Shown here in pieces: positions 59,362 through 64,000 of a stretch of 64,000 bases of DNA. The notes beneath the pieces were generated by a model. It saw only the letters and a list, made by a program, of their open reading frames with translations, ran no database searches and had not been told where the DNA came from. Location: assembly GCA_964371245.1 (NCBI GenBank), contig CAYJKP010000001.1:443042-507041 (forward strand). The letters are read 5' to 3'. Origin of the DNA: an uncultured Gammaproteobacteria bacterium (lineage in GTDB: Bacteria > Patescibacteriota > Patescibacteriia > JAHIZJ01). The translations under genes and the position numbers were made by a program. Every line of letters begins with the position of its first letter. Positions within the stretch are counted from its first letter, which is position 1.

Positions 59362-60245
59362 AGGCTCACAACAAGGCTTGGCACAAGACTCCAGGGATAA
59401 AGGAGTAGAACGGACAGACGCTCGAGCGCCGTACCATGTTTTTTATAATATTTTAACAGGCTATTATTGAGGCGCGCCTGTTTCCGTAGGCTCATTACCT
59501 GTCGAAAGCTTTGACCATAGAAATGGATTATTTCAGCATCAGCATAATACCACGTTTCCAAACCGGCCTTTTTTGCCATCCGGCAATAATCAACCTCCTC
59601 AAACCAAATGAAATAGCGCTCGTCCAGATTGCCAAGGCGCTTTCGGGTTTCTGGCGCGATCATGAAAAACGCACCCATGACTTGGTCTACCTTCTGACTT
59701 TTACTGAAATCAAAATTTGGCAGAAGATACTTTTTTAAAGGTTTCGCCCAAGGAAATATCCGATGAAGCTTTAATAAGATGAGGGCCATGGCGGCCAGTG
59801 ACGGAAAACTTCGAACTGATTCCTGGTTCGTACCATCAGGATTTTTTATTCGACAGCCAACGATTGCTGCCTGATGATTATCGTTCATCCAGGCGTACGT
59901 TTTTTCGATCGCCCGATCGACAATAATTGTGTCAGGATTTAATAGGAGCGTATATTCACCCCGGGCAATCTCAAGACCCTGATTGTTGGCTTTCGCAAAA
60001 CCATCATTTGTCTTGTTACTGATCAGTCGTACTTGAGGAAATATTTTTTTGACCATCTCAGCTGAACCATCATGCGATGCATTGTCGATGACAATCACTT
60101 CAAAACGGATGTTTTTTGTTTGTTCAAAAATTGAGCTTATGCATTGTCGCAAAAGCTCTCGGACGTTCCACGATACGACTATTACACTAACATCATATTC
60201 GCTCGGCATATTTCCAGTTAAAACACACCTGCAGTATACCGTCAA
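59337..60245 (-). CDS. glycosyltransferase family 2
   Basis: Carries VSVIVVSWNV...FEVIVIDNASHDGS. Confidence 0.8.
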   Translation of the reverse strand: MTVYCRCVLTGNMPSEYDVSVIVVSWNVRELLRQCISSIFEQTKNIRFEVIVIDNASHDGSAEMVKKIFPQVRLISNKTNDGFAKANNQGLEIARGEYTLLLNPDTIIVDRAIEKTYAWMNDNHQAAIVGCRIKNPDGTNQESVRSFPSLAAMALILLKLHRIFPWAKPLKKYLLPNFDFSKSQKVDQVMGAFFMIAPETRKRLGNLDERYFIWFEEVDYCRMAKKAGLETWYYADAEIIHFYGQSFRQVMSLRKQARLNNSLLKYYKKHGTALERLSVLLLYPWSLVPSLVVSLCIQPFHR

Positions 60246-60332
60246 ATGTCGAGAATGTAAAAAAGGACGGTATTTGGCCGTGGCTTCTTAAGACGATAAA
60301 TCCGCGATTTTTTTTATTCCCATAGAATGAAT

Positions 60333-60355
60333 AAAAAAACGGGTTTTTCCCGTTT
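60333..60355 (-). terminator. terminator-like hairpin AACGGG-TTTTT-CCCGTT with an A7 run upstream (T-run on the minus strand)
   Basis: A perfect 6-bp stem. It is unexpectedly located inside a divergent intergenic region. Confidence 0.35.
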
Positions 60356-60394
60356 AAGTTATCCCCAGAAATGAAGAGTTTAAAGGTATCACGT

Positions 60395-60423
60395 GGCTTT
60401 TAACATGTCAAAGCCTTTTTTTC
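60395..60423 (+). terminator. terminator-like hairpin GGCTTT-N10-AAAGCC followed by T7
   Basis: A classic intrinsic-terminator shape on the plus strand, 100 nt upstream of the ABC permease start. Confidence 0.35.
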
Positions 60424-60522
60424 ACCGCTTACCCACAGTCCTCTAACAATAGACAAAAAGTGCTACTTTTGATAGTATGAAATGGCATTAAATCAAATAT
60501 TCTAACACTAGCCGACATTGCT

Positions 60523-61812
60523 ATGATGGAAATTTTTCGAAACATGTGGCGTAAAAAATTTCGTTCCTTTCTGACGATCTTCGGGATCGCAATCGGTATC
60601 TTTGCCTTTACGGTCATGGGCTCAATGGCGCTCCGTTTCAATAAAATGATCCAGGGCGGTAAGCGCTTTATTACAGGACAAATTTCATTAATGCCAAAAG
60701 GTTACACCGGATATAGCGGCGGCTCCACAACCTTACCGCTGAATACATTAAACGAGATCGCAAAAATTGACGGAGTCGACGCCGTTGCCGGTATCGTTGA
60801 GCTAATGCTCGAGGAGCCTAATCCAGACGATCCTCTTGGCAGTATGGCGAGTTTCAGTACGCCACCGACGATCGAAGGTACGGATTTCAACACCAAATAC
60901 CGAAACCGTAACTGGGAGGAAATGGTTATGAAAGAAGGCCGGATGGTCGGACCAGGCGACGCTGATACGAATGTGGCGATCGGATATACCGTCGCGCTTG
61001 ATAAAAAACTAAAGACCGGCGATACGATGAGAATACGCGGCCGGGATTTCACGGTCGTCGGCGTTGTCGATAAAACCATGACCGGCCCCGATACGTATGT
61101 CTTTATGTCGATCAAGCCAGCCCGGGAAATGCTGATCGAGTCAACGCCGTTTCTGAAATCATTGCAAGACCAAGCGGACGAGGCGGCGAAAATTTCCGAT
61201 CAGGCTTTAGCAAAACTTCCCCAGGAGTCACGAAGTCAAATTCAACAGGCAAGGCTATTCAGCCCCGAAGATATCAATACGATGGCTGGCGTCTCGTGGA
61301 AAGACGGCGTTGACCCAGACGTGCTTTCAAACACCATAAAAGATAGGTTTAAGAACGAGGTGATGGTTCTATCCCCGAAAATGATGGGCGATACCATTGA
61401 TAAGGCGTCGGCTATTTTTAACGCGGTCATACTCGGAAGTGCCCTACTCGCCTTAATCGTCGGCGGCTTCTCGATCGTGAACACCATGCTGATGTCGATT
61501 TCTGAGCGGACCAAGGAAATCGGAGTCCGGAAAGCACTCGGCGCTTCACCGTCTTCGATTGCCCGCGATTTTACGGTTGAAGCTGGCGTGATTGGGTTGA
61601 TTGGCGGAATTATCGGTATTGGCTTGGGCTTGCTGATGATTGTGCTTCTCAACCGCGCCCTGGCCGGCAAAGGCGCCGAAATATTTATTATTGATACAAC
61701 CTTCTTACTTAGCGTTATTGGATTTTCCTTTGTCCTTGGCGTTATCGCCGGCGTCTTGCCTGCCTGGCGGGCCGCACGGCTACAGGTTGTCCAAGCCTTA
61801 CGCGAACTATAA
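60523..61812 (+). CDS. ABC transporter permease, FtsX/MacB family
   Basis: MacB-like topology with a large extracytoplasmic domain. Confidence 0.75.
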   Translation: MMEIFRNMWRKKFRSFLTIFGIAIGIFAFTVMGSMALRFNKMIQGGKRFITGQISLMPKGYTGYSGGSTTLPLNTLNEIAKIDGVDAVAGIVELMLEEPNPDDPLGSMASFSTPPTIEGTDFNTKYRNRNWEEMVMKEGRMVGPGDADTNVAIGYTVALDKKLKTGDTMRIRGRDFTVVGVVDKTMTGPDTYVFMSIKPAREMLIESTPFLKSLQDQADEAAKISDQALAKLPQESRSQIQQARLFSPEDINTMAGVSWKDGVDPDVLSNTIKDRFKNEVMVLSPKMMGDTIDKASAIFNAVILGSALLALIVGGFSIVNTMLMSISERTKEIGVRKALGASPSSIARDFTVEAGVIGLIGGIIGIGLGLLMIVLLNRALAGKGAEIFIIDTTFLLSVIGFSFVLGVIAGVLPAWRAARLQVVQALREL

Positions 61813-61822
61813 CCCTATCACT

Positions 61823-62506
61823 ATGCCAAAAACGATTATCCGAGCGGAAAACATCCACAAGACATATCACATGTCAAAAACAAACGAGGTTCACGCCCTG
61901 CAAGGGATCAATCTTGAAGTTATGGAAGGTGATTTTTCTGCGATTATCGGCCCGTCGGGCTGCGGGAAATCAACGCTTATGCAAATCCTCGGTTTGTTGG
62001 ATCGACCCGATAGCGGTCGTTTGTTCATCAACGATGTCGACACCAGCACGATGAAGGAACGCCAAGCCGTAAAATTTCGAGCGAACACAATCGGCTTTAT
62101 ATTCCAAGGGTTTAATCTATTGCCCGCGCTTACCGCCCTTGAAAATGTCATGCTGGCCGGTCGGTATGGTGGCCTTAACCGAGTCGAAAAGAAAAAACGC
62201 GCTCGACAGCTACTCGAAATGATGGGGCTTGCTGAACGCCTGCACCACACGCCGAACGAATTGTCGGGCGGCCAGCAACAGCGCGTCGCAATTGCCCGGG
62301 CGCTCATCAATAGTCCGTCGTTGATCTTAGCCGATGAACCAACCGGCGAACTCGACAGTGAGACGTCGCTTGAAATTATTGATCTGTTGAAAAATTTGAA
62401 CGCAAAAAACAATCAAACCTTTGTTCTCGTGACGCATAATCTCGACGTCGCTAAATCGTGCAAGAAAATCATTCATCTCAAAGACGGTAAAAACACTTCA
62501 GCCTAA
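61823..62506 (+). CDS. ABC transporter ATP-binding protein (MacB/LolD-type)
   Basis: Walker A GPSGCGKST and signature [15 protein letters not shown] are present. The ORF-track start at 61640 lies inside the permease; the ATG at 61823 was preferred. Confidence 0.85.
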   Translation: MPKTIIRAENIHKTYHMSKTNEVHALQGINLEVMEGDFSAIIGPSGCGKSTLMQILGLLDRPDSGRLFINDVDTSTMKERQAVKFRANTIGFIFQGFNLLPALTALENVMLAGRYGGLNRVEKKKRARQLLEMMGLAERLHHTPNELSGGQQQRVAIARALINSPSLILADEPTGELDSETSLEIIDLLKNLNAKNNQTFVLVTHNLDVAKSCKKIIHLKDGKNTSA

Positions 62507-62512
62507 CTACCC

Positions 62513-62995
62513 ATGGCATTGAAAAGCTCCTGGCTTACAGGTATAAGCTTTGGACTTACGTCCGGTGTTATTACGACGCTCGGGCTTTTAACCGGCTTGG
62601 CCGCGAGTACGAATTCGAAAATGGCCGTGCTTGGCGGTATTTTCACCATCGCCGTCGCTGACGCCCTCTCTGACGCGCTCGGTATGCATATTTCTCAAGA
62701 ATCGAACGCTGGCACGACCGCGAAAAGCGTTTGGGAGGCAACCGTGGCGACCGCATTAACGAAGTTTATTATTGCGATCACGTTTGCTGTTCCGGTGTTG
62801 CTGTTTGGTTTGATCGCGGCCACTATTATTGGTTCTGTTTGGGGCGTTATCCTCGTGAGTGTATTGAGTTATCGCATGGCGCGATCAAAAAATGAAAAAC
62901 CTTTTAGAGTAATTTTCGAACACGTGTCCATCACCGTTCTGGTTGTTTTACTAACGTATTTTATCGGCGATTTGATTGGTCAAATATTCGAATAA
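62513..62995 (+). CDS. small membrane protein, VIT1/CCC1-family-like
   Basis: Carries SFGLTSGVITTLGLLTGLAAS and four predicted TM helices. The family assignment is tentative. Confidence 0.35.
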   Translation: MALKSSWLTGISFGLTSGVITTLGLLTGLAASTNSKMAVLGGIFTIAVADALSDALGMHISQESNAGTTAKSVWEATVATALTKFIIAITFAVPVLLFGLIAATIIGSVWGVILVSVLSYRMARSKNEKPFRVIFEHVSITVLVVLLTYFIGDLIGQIFE

Positions 62996-63204
62996 CATCT
63001 ACAGTTTTATAAACATTTTGGAGAAAAATAAGAAGCCTGTTGGATATATTCCTTCAGGCTTATTGCTTGATCCATCTCTTCCTTAACTCGATCAGCTTTC
63101 GTATTATCAACGCTCCCCTCCTGGCAATAAGCTAACAGATATCAGCAAGCCGTTCCTGCTGGTCGTGGACAAGAAAGCTAGCACAGAACATTCCCGTGTC
63201 AATA

Positions 63205-63226
63205 CAAAAAAGCAGCTAGGCTGCCT
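63205..63226 (-). terminator. rho-independent terminator after the tRNA pair (GGCAGC-cta-GCTGC followed by T6 on the minus strand)
   Basis: Inferred from the reverse complement of 63205-63226. Confidence 0.45.
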
Positions 63227-63245
63227 ATTTATATGAGATATTGGA

Positions 63246-63331
63246 TGGTGGGAAGGGAAGGATTCGAACCTTCGAAGCCCGGAGGCACCAGATTTACAGT
63301 CTGGCCCCGTTGACCGCTTGGGTACCTTCCC
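63246..63331 (-). tRNA. tRNA-Tyr (anticodon GTA), class II with a long variable arm, CCA encoded
   Basis: The cloverleaf was folded by hand. The acceptor is GGGAAGG/CCTTCCC, the anticodon loop CTGTAAA, the T-loop TTCGAAT, and the length 86 nt. Confidence 0.8.
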
Positions 63332-63344
63332 ACAATTGTGATAC

Positions 63345-63420
63345 TGGAGCCGTTGGCCGGAATCGAACCGGCGACCTACTCCTTACCATGGAGTTGCTCT
63401 ACCAGCTGAGCTACAACGGC
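63345..63420 (-). tRNA. tRNA-Thr (anticodon GGT), CCA encoded
   Basis: The acceptor is GCCGTTG/CAACGGC, the anticodon loop ATGGTAA, the T-loop TTCGATT, and the length 76 nt. Confidence 0.85.
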
Positions 63421-63429
63421 AAAGACGTC

Positions 63430-63963
63430 TTACTTCTGCACGTTCGCTGGCCGAATCGTCGGATGACTAACTTCAAGTTCTTTTAACTTATCCTCCATTT
63501 CTTGTATTTTCATATTCTCGGGGTTTACCTGCTTTAAACGATCGTGCGCTTCCCAGGCCAAAACTTTGTTACCGGCAAGTATACTGATTTCAAATAATAA
63601 ATCAAGGTTCCGCGGGTTATTTGATTCTAAACGACAAGCCTTTTCTGTCTTCTCAAGGGCATCTTCAAAATCACCCAGCTCGCGTAAAACCAGGGCAAGA
63701 TTTATACAGTCGCTAGCTTTTTCAACGTTTGCCGTTCCGTTAATAATCTCGCTCTCACTTTCGAGCTTATCATCGAGCGAGATTACATATTCATAGGTTT
63801 CCTTGGCTTGATCATACTGGCGCGTTTCCATATAGATCTCGCCCAGACAGCGATACCAATTCGGGTCCTTCGGCGTATGCGAGATCATCTCAATGATCTT
63901 CTTTTCAGCAATCGCATATTCTTTCTTTTCAAGCAACTCATCTATTTCCGTGCTCAATTTCAA
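63430..63963 (-). CDS. TPR-repeat protein
   Basis: Several 34-aa TPR-like helical repeats, for example WYRCLGEIYMETRQYDQAKETYEYVISLD. Confidence 0.6.
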   Translation of the reverse strand: MKLSTEIDELLEKKEYAIAEKKIIEMISHTPKDPNWYRCLGEIYMETRQYDQAKETYEYVISLDDKLESESEIINGTANVEKASDCINLALVLRELGDFEDALEKTEKACRLESNNPRNLDLLFEISILAGNKVLAWEAHDRLKQVNPENMKIQEMEDKLKELEVSHPTIRPANVQK

Positions 63964-64000
63964 GGTTGTTGATTCAACCGGCGCGTCACTGCTCTTTGGT

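Noticed and set aside
60429-60641. 70-aa minus-strand ORF
   Set aside because: It is antisense to the start of the MacB permease gene and has no supporting signals.
63241-63486. 81-aa plus-strand ORF
   Set aside because: It overlaps the two minus-strand tRNA genes (Tyr and Thr). tRNA structure explains this region.
1-64000. Search for CRISPR arrays, transposases, integrases and toxin-antitoxin pairs
   Set aside because: No direct-repeat/spacer arrays, no DDE/serine/tyrosine recombinase-like ORFs and no short paired ORFs with those signatures were seen. The tRNA pair is not adjacent to either GC island.

Overview
This is a gene-dense 64-kb window. Most of it is about 40–47% GC with AT-rich third codon positions. 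It looks like a monoderm, small-genome bacterium rich in glycosyltransferases, possibly Patescibacteria/CPR-like; that assignment is inference only.

Housekeeping blocks:
- clpB, preceded by a near-perfect CIRCE inverted repeat
- priA-def-fmt
- thpR, a GT26, gltX, and an M23 peptidase
- alr-ddl-ftsQ
- serS and lysS interleaved with a NUDIX gene and three HD-domain genes
- greA
- mrdA-mreD-mreC-mreB
- rseP-frr, holB, and tandem tRNA-Tyr/tRNA-Thr

Accessory content:
- Two cell-envelope glycan assembly loci, at about 2.8–14.5 kb and 51.8–60.2 kb. Together they hold four GT4 genes, three GT2 genes, two Wzy/O-antigen-ligase-like membrane proteins and two SAM methyltransferases. The second locus also carries a DUF4012-like protein and a second mreB paralog.
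- A large surface protein with FG-GAP-like repeats encoded by near-identical DNA tandem repeats, next to a DUF11-repeat surface protein.
- Two MacB/FtsX-type ABC exporters, one co-operonic with a QxxRW processive GT2.
- An unannotated 43-aa hyper-acidic micro-ORF with the strongest Shine-Dalgarno in the window.
- An AmmeMemoRadiSam three-gene system (AMMECR1, Memo-like, radical SAM) with a secreted four-repeat protein gene inserted inside the operon.
- Two compositionally foreign high-GC (about 60–65%) islands encoding secreted or OM-beta-barrel-like proteins. One is driven by a native-looking AT-rich consensus promoter.
- A very low-GC orphan gene immediately downstream of ftsQ.

No CRISPR array, transposase or integrase was seen. 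The ORF track uses alternative start codons, so several listed starts were adjusted.
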